From positions 36,732 through 100,731 of the forward strand of contig JAFQKB010000047.1 in assembly GCA_017397125.1 (NCBI GenBank): 64,000 bases of DNA, in the 5' to 3' direction. Made by a program: the position numbers and the translations under genes. This document shows positions 25,377-35,938 of the stretch, in pieces. The notes beneath the pieces were generated by a model. It made no database searches. It saw nothing but the letters and a program-made list of their open reading frames with translations, and had not been told where the DNA came from. This stretch comes from Clostridia bacterium. GTDB lineage: Bacteria; Bacillota; Clostridia; Oscillospirales; Acutalibacteraceae. Numbering within the stretch: position 1 is the stretch's first letter; each line of letters opens with the position of its first letter.

Positions 25377-26583
25377 ACAGATCTCTCCCTCCCACAATGA
25401 TATCGTCGTACATTTTCAGATAACCACTTTCGGATATATCCTCACATACAACGTAGTCAGCCGGCTCACTGTACAGTTGATTGATCTTGCGAAATGCCAC
25501 CACGTTGCCGGAGCGCACGTACACGCCCGCCTGCTGATTTTCGTCGATGACGATGGCACGCTTAGGCACTTTGAGGCCGGTATGCTTGACCAGCTGGATC
25601 TGCATCGGCTCCTGACGGATGGTTGACAGCTCCGCCGACATATAATCGCAGCGGAACACCACGGCCATTTTTCCGTTATTATCCTTGTTGCTGGCATACA
25701 CGGTCACCGGTACAGCCTCGTCCAAAACAAAGGACAACCGCAGGGAAAGGGTTTTTCCAACGCTGAGGGTGTTGTAGTAAGAGTCCGGCACCACGCAGGC
25801 CATATACCACTCGTATCCGCTGACGATCTTACCACCGGAGTTTGTGATAACCTGCGGCTCTGCAGACATATAATTCTCAAGTTGCTGGGTAGTGAGCTCA
25901 GCCAGACCGTCCGGACTCAGAAGTGTTTCAAAGCCATCGGTCCGATCTGCAAAATATCCGGCCACCGGCGCTTTGATCACCGAAGTCGGCGCCTTATAGC
26001 TCTCCTTCAGGCCGGCTTTCTTTTCCTTAAGCTGCTGAACCTTAGCGGAAAGATCCACCGTCTTACCAGTAACAAGCTGCTTTTTGCTCAATAACGAAAG
26101 AATATCAAATTGAGCACCGTTTACTGCTCCAAATTGGCCGGTCTCGGTGTTTTGCACCAGTCCGTAAATGGAATTGGTGATCTGGTCGTTGATCGCATCC
26201 AGTGTCAACCGACCGGAGCTGGTATCCGCCAAAATGGTATTAAAAGCGGCGATCTGCGCATCAATCTCTGCCATTTCCTGCTCGATACGACCGCTGTCCG
26301 CATCGGCATACACCGAGGCAATAGCACTGTATTTAGCCACACGGGTGCCGTTTTCTACCGTATAGTAGGTATAGCCAGAGCCGGTGGTGTTGATAACGCT
26401 CTCCGAGCGAAAAACCAAGCCCTGTGCGTCGATGGTCTCGTACACGCTGTGGGTAACGGCCATCTCGGTGACGATCTCAGAGAAGATACTGCGATAGGCC
26501 TGATAGCCTACATACAGCACCATCAAAAACACCAAAACTGCTGTCAGAAGTGCACGCAGTGCATGATTCTTTTTGGTTCTCAA
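25354..26583 (-). CDS. HlyD-like membrane-fusion-type protein (N-terminal TM, coiled coil, beta domain); no partner transporter nearby
   Basis: 409 aa. It has one N-terminal TM helix, a long predicted coiled-coil segment, and an APVAGYF lipoyl-like motif. Confidence 0.5.
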   Translation of the reverse strand: MRTKKNHALRALLTAVLVFLMVLYVGYQAYRSIFSEIVTEMAVTHSVYETIDAQGLVFRSESVINTTGSGYTYYTVENGTRVAKYSAIASVYADADSGRIEQEMAEIDAQIAAFNTILADTSSGRLTLDAINDQITNSIYGLVQNTETGQFGAVNGAQFDILSLLSKKQLVTGKTVDLSAKVQQLKEKKAGLKESYKAPTSVIKAPVAGYFADRTDGFETLLSPDGLAELTTQQLENYMSAEPQVITNSGGKIVSGYEWYMACVVPDSYYNTLSVGKTLSLRLSFVLDEAVPVTVYASNKDNNGKMAVVFRCDYMSAELSTIRQEPMQIQLVKHTGLKVPKRAIVIDENQQAGVYVRSGNVVAFRKINQLYSEPADYVVCEDISESGYLKMYDDIIVGGRDLYDGKIIR

Positions 26584-27545
26584 GCAGTATCCCCTCCTCT
26601 ACAGAATGTCGTATACGCATCAACGGCACCGTCTACCAGCTCCTGCGGGGTGGCGTAATCATCCACCCACAGTGTACAGGCTGCCGGCATACGATGAAAC
26701 CAGGACAATTGCCGCTTGGCATAGCGTCGGGTCTGCTGGCGCAGTCGATCCGCCGCCTCTTCTAATGAGATCTCTCCCTCAAAATAAGGCAAAAACTCCT
26801 TGTAGCCGATGGCTTGTGTCACGGTAGCATCCCGGTCAGTATCCAACACACGCCGCGCCTCTTCTAAAAGGCCGTTTTCCAACATAATATCGACACGGCG
26901 GTTGATCCGGTCGTACAGATTGCTTCGCTGACGGAAATCCAGCACGATCAAAAACGGAGTGTAGGGCGACGGCGTGGCGTGAGACAGCCGCGCCTGTTCG
27001 GTTATGGTGCGCCCGGTGGTGTCGTATACCTCCAGCGCACGGACGATGCGGTTGCGGTCGTTGGGGTGCAGGCGGGCGGCCGACTCCGGGTCTATCTCCC
27101 GCAGCTTATTCAGCAGATACTCTGCTCCGTGTTGTTCGGCCATCTCATTATAGTACTGGCGGCGCTCCGGACTCGGCTCATCCTCAAACAGCTGGATATT
27201 CTCCATAAAGGACTGGATATACAGCCCCGTACCGCCGCAGAGGACCGGGATGTTGCCGCGCTCAAAAACGGCCTCAAAAACCGTGTTGGCATCCTTAATA
27301 TACTGCGCAACGCTGTATTTTGTCTGTAAAGGTAAAAACCCTAACAGGTGATGCGGTATCCCTTCCATCTCGTCGGAAGTGGGACGGGCCGTACCCACCG
27401 ATACACCATCGTAGATCTGCATAGAATCGGCGGACACCACTTCGCCGCCGATGGCTTTTGCCAGTTGGACAGCCAGCGCCGTTTTGCCGGATGCGGTGGG
27501 TCCTGCAATGATGGGATAGGGTTTATAGGCAGACACGGCGCTCAC
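26580..27545 (-). CDS. miaA: tRNA dimethylallyltransferase
   Basis: P-loop AGPTASGKTALA, 321 aa. Confidence 0.92.
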   Translation of the reverse strand: MSAVSAYKPYPIIAGPTASGKTALAVQLAKAIGGEVVSADSMQIYDGVSVGTARPTSDEMEGIPHHLLGFLPLQTKYSVAQYIKDANTVFEAVFERGNIPVLCGGTGLYIQSFMENIQLFEDEPSPERRQYYNEMAEQHGAEYLLNKLREIDPESAARLHPNDRNRIVRALEVYDTTGRTITEQARLSHATPSPYTPFLIVLDFRQRSNLYDRINRRVDIMLENGLLEEARRVLDTDRDATVTQAIGYKEFLPYFEGEISLEEAADRLRQQTRRYAKRQLSWFHRMPAACTLWVDDYATPQELVDGAVDAYTTFCRGGDTA

Positions 27546-27551
27546 CTCCTT

Positions 27552-29459
27552 TTATACAATGCGACCGAAGAGCTTTTCCATTTCTTTACGGGTCATCTCC
27601 ACACAGACGGGACGACCGTGGGGACAATAGCGAACCGAATCGTCCAGCAGCACCTGCTTGGCCAAATCCAACAATTCGGCAGGACGGCTGGCGTCGCCGG
27701 CCTTGATGGCGGCACGGCAGGCCGAGGAATGGTAGATCCAATCCAGTTTAGAGCTCTGTACCTGGTGGCTGCCGGCGGTAAGCCCCGCCGCGATCTCCCG
27801 AATGGTACTGTCGATGTCCGTGCCGGACAGAATCAACGGAAAACTGCGCACCAGCACGCAGGTGCCGCCAAAATCCTCCAGGTCAATGCCGGCCTCTGCC
27901 AGTTCCTTCACCGACTCCAGCAGTGCGGTGTGCTCCTCCCGGCTGACGGTCACCGCCACCGGAGAGAGCAGAATCTGCTGGTCGCTGCGGGACTGGGCTT
28001 TGAGCTTGTTGTACAGTATGCGCTCGTGGGCGGCGTGCTTGTCAATGATAAAGAGGCTATCCCCCATCTGCGCTAATATGTAGGTGGTAAACACCTCGCC
28101 CACCAGTTGTATGGCAGGAGCCTGCTCGATTGCAAGTTGTTCGGGCTTCTCGTCAGGTGCTTTTGGCGTTTCGGGTAGTTTGGTGACCGGCTGCTCCACC
28201 GGCGGTATGTCAATGATCTCGGCAACCGCTTCTACCTTCTTTTGGGGCGGCGCAGCGGTGCTATCCTGCATGGAATACGCCGGAGCCGGGCGAACGTCAT
28301 CCACCGCCAGGTCTAAGAAGGAGGGTCGGCGGGGCGGCTGCGCAGGCTGTGCCTTCGGGATGACCGGCGAAGCAGTAACCGGCTTAGAAGTACCAACCGG
28401 CGAGGCATAAGTCGGCGCGATCTCCTTTTTCGGCTCCGGAACACGGTCCATCGTGATCTGCTGAATGGAGCCTCTGGTCTCCAGACAAGAGCGCACCCCG
28501 TAATACACAGCGTCAAACACGGGCTTTTCATTGATAAAGCGCACCTCGATCTTAGCCGGGTGCACGTTGGCGTCTACCGTCTCCGCGGGCAGGCGGATAT
28601 ACAGCACGCAGGCCGGAAAACGACCGGCCATCATCATACCCTTGTACGCCCGCTCCACAGCCACCATGGCGGTCTGGGTCCTAACGTAGCGATCGTTGAC
28701 AAAGAAATGCTGCATGGTTCGGTTGGGCCGGGCATTCTCCGGCTTGCATACAAAGCCGGATACCCGGACTCCGCCCATCTCGTATTCCACCGGCATCAGC
28801 GTGGATGCAAACTGCTTGCCAAACACCGCGTGGATGCAGGAGAGCACCTGTCCGTCGCCGGGAGTCTGCAGCTCGGTGCGACCGTTGCGAATGAACTTGA
28901 CCGCAATCTCGGGGTGGGATAGCGCCAGGCGCTCCACCACGCCGGCTACGGCGTTGCCCTCGCTGACGTCCTTCTTGAGAAATTTCATACGGGCCGGGAT
29001 ATTGTAGAACAGATCCTCCACGATAAAAGTGCTGCCCTCAGCACAGCCGGCATCCTCCAGTATCTTTTCTTCCCCACCGTGGATGACGTAACGGGTGCCC
29101 ACGATCTCGCCGGCGGCGCAGGTGATCACCTCCACCTTGGCCACAGCAGCCACCGAGGCCAAGGCTTCGCCACGAAAGCCCAGGGTGCCGATGGCGGCCA
29201 GGTCCTGCTCGCTGCGCACCTTACTGGTGGCGTGGCGCAGAAAGGCTGTGGGTACGTCCTCTCTGTGGATGCCGCAGCCGTCGTCGGTGATACGGATATA
29301 GGTCACGCCGCCATCCCGGATCTCCACCGTTACGTGGCGGGCACCGGCGTCGATGGTGTTCTCCATCAACTCCTTTACCACGGATGCGGGTCGCTCCACC
29401 ACCTCACCGGCGGCGATGAGCTCGGCCACGTGCTTGTCCAGCACTTGGATTTTTGCCAT
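27552..29459 (-). CDS. mutL: DNA mismatch repair protein MutL
   Basis: The N-terminal GHKL ATPase motifs are IAAGEVVERPASVVKELMENTIDAG. The start is at MAKIQVL, after AAAGGAGG. Confidence 0.93.
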   Translation of the reverse strand: MAKIQVLDKHVAELIAAGEVVERPASVVKELMENTIDAGARHVTVEIRDGGVTYIRITDDGCGIHREDVPTAFLRHATSKVRSEQDLAAIGTLGFRGEALASVAAVAKVEVITCAAGEIVGTRYVIHGGEEKILEDAGCAEGSTFIVEDLFYNIPARMKFLKKDVSEGNAVAGVVERLALSHPEIAVKFIRNGRTELQTPGDGQVLSCIHAVFGKQFASTLMPVEYEMGGVRVSGFVCKPENARPNRTMQHFFVNDRYVRTQTAMVAVERAYKGMMMAGRFPACVLYIRLPAETVDANVHPAKIEVRFINEKPVFDAVYYGVRSCLETRGSIQQITMDRVPEPKKEIAPTYASPVGTSKPVTASPVIPKAQPAQPPRRPSFLDLAVDDVRPAPAYSMQDSTAAPPQKKVEAVAEIIDIPPVEQPVTKLPETPKAPDEKPEQLAIEQAPAIQLVGEVFTTYILAQMGDSLFIIDKHAAHERILYNKLKAQSRSDQQILLSPVAVTVSREEHTALLESVKELAEAGIDLEDFGGTCVLVRSFPLILSGTDIDSTIREIAAGLTAGSHQVQSSKLDWIYHSSACRAAIKAGDASRPAELLDLAKQVLLDDSVRYCPHGRPVCVEMTRKEMEKLFGRIV

Positions 29460-29481
29460 AGGAATACCTCCTTTCGGGAGA

Positions 29482-32097
29482 TTAGTAGGTAGAGGCCTCT
29501 TTGACCAGGTCATACAGGACCTGCATCGCCTCGATAGGGGTCAATACGTTGACGTCCAAATTTTTTAGTTTTGTGATGATAGGGTTGTCCGCAGCCCCCA
29601 GCAGCGAGAGCTGATCGCTCTCCTGCGCCATCTCGTGGGTGCGGCGTACCACCGGGGCGCCGTCACCGCTTTCAATACCGCGGAGTATCTCCTTGGCACG
29701 GCGCACCACCTCGTCGTTGATACCGGCCAGCTTGGCCACCTCAATACCGTAGCTATCATCCGCCGGGCCACGGACAATGCGGCGCAGGAAGGTCACATCG
29801 TCGCCCCGCTTTTTGACGGCAATGTTGTAGTTCTTGATGCAGTCGCTCTCGTCCTCGATAGAGGTCAGCTCGTGATAGTGGGTGGCAAACAGTGTCTTGG
29901 CGCCGATGCGCTTGGGGTTGGCCACGTATTCCAGCACGGCGCGGGCGATGCTCATACCGTCAAAAGTGGAGGTACCACGGCCGATCTCATCGAAAACGAT
30001 GAGGCTCTTAGAGGTGGCGCCCCGCAGAATGGAGGCGACCTCGCTCATCTCCACCATAAAGGTGGACTGACCGGCGGCCAGATCGTCGGAAGCGCCCACA
30101 CGGGTGAAGATGCTGTCCACAATACCGATGGTGGCGCTCTGGGCGGGTACAAAGCTGCCGATCTGCGCCATCAGGGTGATCAGCGCCGTCTGTCGCATAT
30201 AGGTGGACTTACCCGCCATATTGGGGCCGGTGATCAGCGCCACACGGTTGGAGCCGTTGTCCAGGTCGGTATTGTTGGGTACAAAGGGTGTGTCCAGCAG
30301 GGCCTCGATGACCGGGTGACGGCCGCCCTTGATGCAGATGCGGCCGCTCATATCCACCTCGGGACGGCAGTAATTCTGCCGCACGGCCACCACCGCCAGG
30401 GAGGTGAGCACGTCCAGCTTCGCCAGAGCCTCGGCAGTGGTCTGGATACGGACCAGCTGCTCCGCTACCGTCTGACGCACCTGGGAGAACAGCTGATACT
30501 CCAGCGCCACGGCGCGGTCCTTGGCACCTAGCACACGGGCCTCCAGCTCTTTTAATTCCTGGGTAATATACCGCTCGGCGTTGGCGAGAGTCTGTTTGCG
30601 GATATAGTGATCCGGCACCTGGTCGCTGTACAGACGGGAGATCTCTATGTAATAACCGAACACCCGGTTATATCCCACCTTTAGCGTCTTAATGCCGGTC
30701 TTTTCTTTTTCCTCGACCTCAATGCGGCTGAGGATGCCCTTGCCGTCGGTCATAATGCTCTGCAGCTCGTCCAGCTCGGCATTATAGCCGGGACGGATCA
30801 TACCGCCCTCACGAACCGAGAAAGGCGGCTCGTCCACAATGGACTGGGAAATCAGCTCGCATATATCCTGCAAGGGGTCGATGGCCTCCCGGATGGCGGT
30901 CAGCTCTGCACTTTGCGCCTGAGTCAGAGCACCGCGGATGGCGGGCATATAGGACAAGGTCTGCTGCAGAGAGCGGAGCTCCCGGGCGTTGGCGCTGCCG
31001 TACACCACGCGGGTCATAATACGCTCCAGGTCGTAGATCTCGGACAGCATCTCCTGCAGATCGCCACGCAGCAGAGAGTGATTAACCAGCTCGTCCACCG
31101 CATTGAGGCGGCGGGAAATGGGAGCGATCTGCACCAGCGGCTGCTCGATCCAGCTGCGCAGCAGACGCTTGCCCATGGCGGTACGGGTGTGGTCCAGCAC
31201 ACCCAGCAGAGAGCCGCGCTTTTCCTGAGACCGCATGGTCTCCAGCAGTTCCAGATTGCGGCGGGCGGTCAGATCCAGCTTCATATACTGGGCGTCGGAA
31301 TAGACGTCCAGCTTGTTCATTCGCTCCAGGCCGTTCATCTGGGTGGTCCGCAGATACCGCAGCGCACAGCCAAAGGCCCGCACCGCCGCCGGCTTATCCG
31401 CCAGATCCAGGGCAGACAGCGAAACAGCAGAGAACTGCCGCAGGACGGCATCCTGCGCGGCGGTCAGGTCAAACTCGGCATCCGGACGGGTCTCCAGATG
31501 GCCGTTCAGACGGCGGTCCACAAACTCCCCCAGAGGCTTACAGTCAGAGGCGTGGATATTGACCAAAATCTCACTGGGCGAGAAACGGCCCAGCTCGTTG
31601 CTCACGCGCAGAGGCAGGTCCTCCCCTATCAGCTGGGTCAGGTGCACCTCACCGGTGGAGCAGTCGCAAAAGCACAGGCCATAGCCGGACCCGTCCGGCT
31701 CGGCATACAGCACCGACAGATAATTGTTGCGGCTCTCATCCAGCATACTGCCCTCGATGACCGTGCCGGGTGTGAGAATGCGGATGATATCCCGCTTGAC
31801 CAGGCCCTTAGCCTGAGCGGGATCCTCCGTCTGCTCGCAGATAGCCACCTTATAGCCACGGGCCACCAGACGGGCTACGTAGGACTCATAGCTGTGAAAG
31901 GGTACGCCGCACATCGGAGCCCGCTCCGGCTGTCCGCAATCCCGTCCGGTCAGGGTGAGTTCCAGCTCCTTGGACACCAATTTGGCGTCGTCGAAAAACA
32001 TCTCATAGAAATCGCCCAGCCGGAAAAAGAGGATGGCATCCTTATTTTGTTCTTTGATTTGCAGATATTGCTGCATCATCGGCGTCATTTCCGCCAT
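29482..32097 (-). CDS. mutS: DNA mismatch repair protein MutS
   Basis: 871 aa. Motifs: MTPMMQQYLQIK, Walker A GPNMAGKST, and TFMVEM. Confidence 0.95.
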   Translation of the reverse strand: MAEMTPMMQQYLQIKEQNKDAILFFRLGDFYEMFFDDAKLVSKELELTLTGRDCGQPERAPMCGVPFHSYESYVARLVARGYKVAICEQTEDPAQAKGLVKRDIIRILTPGTVIEGSMLDESRNNYLSVLYAEPDGSGYGLCFCDCSTGEVHLTQLIGEDLPLRVSNELGRFSPSEILVNIHASDCKPLGEFVDRRLNGHLETRPDAEFDLTAAQDAVLRQFSAVSLSALDLADKPAAVRAFGCALRYLRTTQMNGLERMNKLDVYSDAQYMKLDLTARRNLELLETMRSQEKRGSLLGVLDHTRTAMGKRLLRSWIEQPLVQIAPISRRLNAVDELVNHSLLRGDLQEMLSEIYDLERIMTRVVYGSANARELRSLQQTLSYMPAIRGALTQAQSAELTAIREAIDPLQDICELISQSIVDEPPFSVREGGMIRPGYNAELDELQSIMTDGKGILSRIEVEEKEKTGIKTLKVGYNRVFGYYIEISRLYSDQVPDHYIRKQTLANAERYITQELKELEARVLGAKDRAVALEYQLFSQVRQTVAEQLVRIQTTAEALAKLDVLTSLAVVAVRQNYCRPEVDMSGRICIKGGRHPVIEALLDTPFVPNNTDLDNGSNRVALITGPNMAGKSTYMRQTALITLMAQIGSFVPAQSATIGIVDSIFTRVGASDDLAAGQSTFMVEMSEVASILRGATSKSLIVFDEIGRGTSTFDGMSIARAVLEYVANPKRIGAKTLFATHYHELTSIEDESDCIKNYNIAVKKRGDDVTFLRRIVRGPADDSYGIEVAKLAGINDEVVRRAKEILRGIESGDGAPVVRRTHEMAQESDQLSLLGAADNPIITKLKNLDVNVLTPIEAMQVLYDLVKEASTY

Positions 32098-32131
32098 AGT
32101 CAGCGCCTTCCTTTACGTTGAAAGTCTATCC

Positions 32132-32566
32132 TTAGTGGCATCCGCCGCAGCTGCCGCAATCGCCGGAGCAGCTGGTTTCCAGGGCCGCCTGATTGGGATC
32201 CTGTCCCTGGACAGCCAGGTTGATGGCCAGCAGCATTTTGTTGACCAGCGCATCCAAAGTGCCCTTAGCTTGCTCATAGGCCATCATATGCTCGTTAGCC
32301 ATCACAGCGGCATAGACAGAGCGCAGCTCGGTATTGAGCTCGCGGAGCTTTTCAGGGCTGCGTTCACTCTCGTCCTTGGACTCCTCGGTATTGATGGCGA
32401 TGCGCTTGAGATTAAACTCGCTGATCAGATTCTGCAGAGCCTCATCCTCATCAGCAGCCTTAGCGGCGGCAGCGACGGCCTCGCAGCGGGGGTCCGCCTG
32501 CAGCTGACAGGCCAGATCAATGGCCATTTCCAATAAAGTATCCATGATAAAAGTCTCCTTTTTCAA
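32132..32566 (-). CDS. YlbF/YmcA family protein with a Cys-rich C-terminal tail
   Basis: Helical protein of about 140 aa between miaB and mutS, the position of ymcA in Bacillus. The tail is CSGDCGSCGGCH. Confidence 0.6.
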   Translation of the reverse strand: MKKETFIMDTLLEMAIDLACQLQADPRCEAVAAAAKAADEDEALQNLISEFNLKRIAINTEESKDESERSPEKLRELNTELRSVYAAVMANEHMMAYEQAKGTLDALVNKMLLAINLAVQGQDPNQAALETSCSGDCGSCGGCH

Positions 32567-32567
32567 A

Positions 32568-33980
32568 TTAGTCTTCGATCGATAATACGGTTCCGTGCAT
32601 CACCCAACTGCGGGCGTCGTCGATGCGGACGGTGGCATAGCGGCCGATGTGAGACGGGGAAGCCTCCACCCGCACAACGCTATTATCTGCCAGACGGGCC
32701 TCGATATAGCCGTCCTCGGCGTTTTCCAGCAGAGCCCGCTGCTCGGTGCCCACCAGAACCGCCAGACGCTGGGCGGACAGCTCCTCCTGCAGCGCCGTGA
32801 GCTCCCGCAGCCAAAGGCCCTTGGTCTCGGCAGAGATGGGATCCGGCATCACTGCCGCCGGGGTCCCCTCCCGAGGTGAATAGATAAAGGTGAACAGCGA
32901 AGTAAAGCCCACCTCTTTCACCAAAGATAAGGTATCCTCAAACTCCTCTCGGGTCTCGCCGGGAAAGCCCACGATCACGTCGCTGGTAAAGGAAATATCC
33001 GGAATGACCGAACGGGCGTAGCGGACCAGATCCAGATACTGCTCACGGGTGTAGCGGCGGTTCATCTCCTTGAGCACCCGGTTATTACCGGACTGGAACG
33101 GCAGATGAAAATGCCGGGACACCTTTTGACAGGCGGCGATGGTATCAAACAGCGCCGGTGTGGCATCCTTGGGGTGGGAGGTCATAAACCGAATGGTAAA
33201 ATCACCGGGAATGGCGTTGATGCGCCGCAGAAGCTCGGCAAAATCCACGCCGTGTTCCTCATCCTTGCCATAGGAATTGACGTTCTGACCCAGCAGGGTG
33301 ATCTCCTTATAACCCTGGGATACCAGCTCCCGGGCCTCTGCGAGGATGATCTCCGGATCACGGCTGCGCTCGCGGCCGCGCACGTAGGGCACGATGCAAT
33401 AGGTGCAGAAATTATTGCAGCCGTACATAATGGGCAGCCAGGCCTTGAAGGAGCCATCCCGCTGCACCGGAATGCCCTCGGCGATGACACCGTCCTCCTG
33501 GGGCGTTACAGACAGTTGACGCCGCTGCTGCAGCGCCTTGTACAGCAGCTCCGGGAACTGATGGATCACGTGGGTGCCAAACACCAGGCCCACAAACGGG
33601 TAGCTTTCCTTCATTTTCTGCGCCACGTGAGGCTGCTGTACCATACAGCCGCACACTGCGATCAGCACCTCCGGACGGCGCCGCTTGATGTGCTTGAGAG
33701 CACCCACGTTACCGAATACCCGGTCACAAGCATGTTCCCGGACCGCGCAGGTATTGAAGAGGATGAGATCCGCCTCCTCCGCCAATTCGGTGAAGCCGAA
33801 GCCCATGGTGGCCAGCATGCCTTTTATGCGCTCGGAGTCTGCCACGTTCTGCTGGCAGCCGTAGGTGCGCACGCAGGCAAGGGGTGGAGATTCCGGTTTG
33901 GTTTTAATATAGTGCTCCCGCACCTTTTCGCAGAAGGGTTGCTGTTTTTGCAGCTCCTCCGGGGTAACGATTCGTGTCAT
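32568..33980 (-). CDS. miaB: tRNA-i6A37 methylthiotransferase
   Basis: N-terminal UPF0004 Cys triad, radical SAM motif CNNFCTYC and a TRAM C-terminus. 470 aa. Confidence 0.92.
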   Translation of the reverse strand: MTRIVTPEELQKQQPFCEKVREHYIKTKPESPPLACVRTYGCQQNVADSERIKGMLATMGFGFTELAEEADLILFNTCAVREHACDRVFGNVGALKHIKRRRPEVLIAVCGCMVQQPHVAQKMKESYPFVGLVFGTHVIHQFPELLYKALQQRRQLSVTPQEDGVIAEGIPVQRDGSFKAWLPIMYGCNNFCTYCIVPYVRGRERSRDPEIILAEARELVSQGYKEITLLGQNVNSYGKDEEHGVDFAELLRRINAIPGDFTIRFMTSHPKDATPALFDTIAACQKVSRHFHLPFQSGNNRVLKEMNRRYTREQYLDLVRYARSVIPDISFTSDVIVGFPGETREEFEDTLSLVKEVGFTSLFTFIYSPREGTPAAVMPDPISAETKGLWLRELTALQEELSAQRLAVLVGTEQRALLENAEDGYIEARLADNSVVRVEASPSHIGRYATVRIDDARSWVMHGTVLSIED

Positions 33981-34018
33981 AACGGGATATACCTCTCCTT
34001 ATACTAGTTCAATATACG

Positions 34019-34047
34019 ATTATACTACACTTAGTTTGTTTTTGCAA
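34019..34047 (-). promoter_or_regulatory. Sigma-A promoter candidate for the miaB-...-rluD gene string
   Basis: On the minus strand: TTGCAA, 17 nt, TATAAT. Confidence 0.55.
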
Positions 34048-34135
34048 TGAAAAATCATCATTTTACCAGATATTGTGGAATAAAAATAACGATCCACCCG
34101 GCATCACACATATCCGGGCAGACCGTTATTCAAAA

Positions 34136-34780
34136 TCAAACATTTTTGGCTAAAACCGTGTGCAATTCGCCTAAATGGAGGTGGATATCCCGCTCCACCA
34201 AGCGCCCCTGTAAGGAGCTGTCGTACTCAGCGATCGTCACAGACGCATTACTCACCCACGGGATGGTGTGCATTCGCTCCAGCGGGGTGTGGGTCCACAG
34301 GCACTCCATCACCCGGATGGGGGTGGCGTGGGTGGCGATGCAGACGGTCTCGCCGGGGTGGTTGTGCACGATCTCCTCCACGCAGGCACGCACCCGCCCC
34401 TGTAGCCGGGCCACCGACTCACCACCGGGACATGCCGCCAGACCAATGGTTTTCTTCCACACGTCGTAGCTGTCGGCGTGCTCCCGCTCCAGGTCGCTGT
34501 AGGTCCTTCCCTCCCACAGACCGGCAAAAATCTCTCGCAGTTGTTGTGTAGGAATGGCCTCCAGGCCATGCAATTGCGCAACGGCGGCGCCGGTGTTGTA
34601 GGCACGCTTCAGATCGCTGGCATACACCGCCGTAAAGGGTATATCCAGCAGAAATGCGGCAGTGGCATCAGCCTGCGCTCTCCCCTTTTCGGTCAGCGGC
34701 ATATCCAGCGAGCCGGCGAAGAGCTCTCTCCGATTGGCTTCACTCTCACCGTGACGTATAAAATATAGGCGTGTCGTCAT
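34136..34780 (-). CDS. Histidine phosphatase family protein (phosphoglycerate mutase / CobC-like)
   Basis: LYFIRHGESEAN catalytic motif, 214 aa. Confidence 0.8.
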   Translation of the reverse strand: MTTRLYFIRHGESEANRRELFAGSLDMPLTEKGRAQADATAAFLLDIPFTAVYASDLKRAYNTGAAVAQLHGLEAIPTQQLREIFAGLWEGRTYSDLEREHADSYDVWKKTIGLAACPGGESVARLQGRVRACVEEIVHNHPGETVCIATHATPIRVMECLWTHTPLERMHTIPWVSNASVTIAEYDSSLQGRLVERDIHLHLGELHTVLAKNV

Positions 34781-34789
34781 AGATACCCC

Positions 34790-35890
34790 TTAATTTTGCT
34801 CATAGTCCTCGATCACCGTATGGGCGATCACGTCGGCGCCGCCCGGATACCCCATCGTCAGCAGACGGCGGCGCATCTGCGCCAGCTTTTCCGGCTGGCG
34901 AACCAATTCTGCACACTGGCGGATGGCCTCCGGCCACTGGTCGGTGCCCACCGCACCACCGGAATCGATGAAATATTTGAGATTATGGGTCTCGCACCCG
35001 GGCACGGACAGCATCAGGACCATCGGCAGACCCATGGTCAGCATCTCGGTGGTGGAAAGGCCGCCCGGCTTGCTGATGCACATATCCGCTGCCGCCATGT
35101 AATCGGTGATGCGCTTGGTAAAACCAATGATACGGCTACGATCGCTGCAATATCTGCGCAGACGACTGGCCAGGCGATTATTGTTGCCGCAGATAACCAC
35201 CAGAGTGGCGTTCTCCGGCAGCTGCTGCTCCAGGGCGGGCACTACCTGACTGAACCGGCCGCAACCGATACTGCCGCTGACCAGCAGCACGACCGGACCC
35301 TGCTCCGGCAGGTGCAACTGCCGCCGCGCCTCAGCCTTATCCGGTGGCGTCAAAAACTTACTCCGGATCGGTATACCGGAGGCAACCAACCGCTCCGGTT
35401 GGATTCCATCAGCAATATAGAGGGGCTTTATATCCTCGGCTCCAATGAAGTAACGATTGACGTCCACCATGTCCGTGCCGGGATAGACCAAATAATCCGT
35501 AACCACCAGATAATGCGGAATGGTCAGTCCGTATTTGCGCCGTGCCTCTGTCAGCATCATACTGCCGAAGATGTGGGTGCTGACCACGGCATCAAAATGA
35601 TTCTGCAGCAGATACTCCTTTAATTTTTTAGCGCCAAAAGCCATCTGCTCGTACAAAAACCGCGGCGGATGCCGCTCCTCAAAGCGGTAGCCCACGCCAA
35701 ACAGCTTGGGCAGATACCGATACAGGTAGATATGACCGCCGCAAATAACCTCAGAATGTATCTCCGAGATAAAGGACAGCGTATCCTGGATTTCACAAGG
35801 GATACCCCGCTGCACAAACGCTTCCCGCACGGCGCCGGCGGCAGAATTATGGCCACCACCGGTATTGGCCGAGAGTATCAACACACGCAT
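34790..35890 (-). CDS. MGDG-synthase-family glycosyltransferase (UgtP/diglucosyl-DAG-synthase-like)
   Basis: N-terminus MRVLILSANTGGGHNSAA, GT-B fold size. Confidence 0.75.
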   Translation of the reverse strand: MRVLILSANTGGGHNSAAGAVREAFVQRGIPCEIQDTLSFISEIHSEVICGGHIYLYRYLPKLFGVGYRFEERHPPRFLYEQMAFGAKKLKEYLLQNHFDAVVSTHIFGSMMLTEARRKYGLTIPHYLVVTDYLVYPGTDMVDVNRYFIGAEDIKPLYIADGIQPERLVASGIPIRSKFLTPPDKAEARRQLHLPEQGPVVLLVSGSIGCGRFSQVVPALEQQLPENATLVVICGNNNRLASRLRRYCSDRSRIIGFTKRITDYMAAADMCISKPGGLSTTEMLTMGLPMVLMLSVPGCETHNLKYFIDSGGAVGTDQWPEAIRQCAELVRQPEKLAQMRRRLLTMGYPGGADVIAHTVIEDYEQN

Positions 35891-35938
35891 GTCTGCGCCT
35901 CCTCATTACGCAAAATAAGGGAAAACAAATGTGTGATG

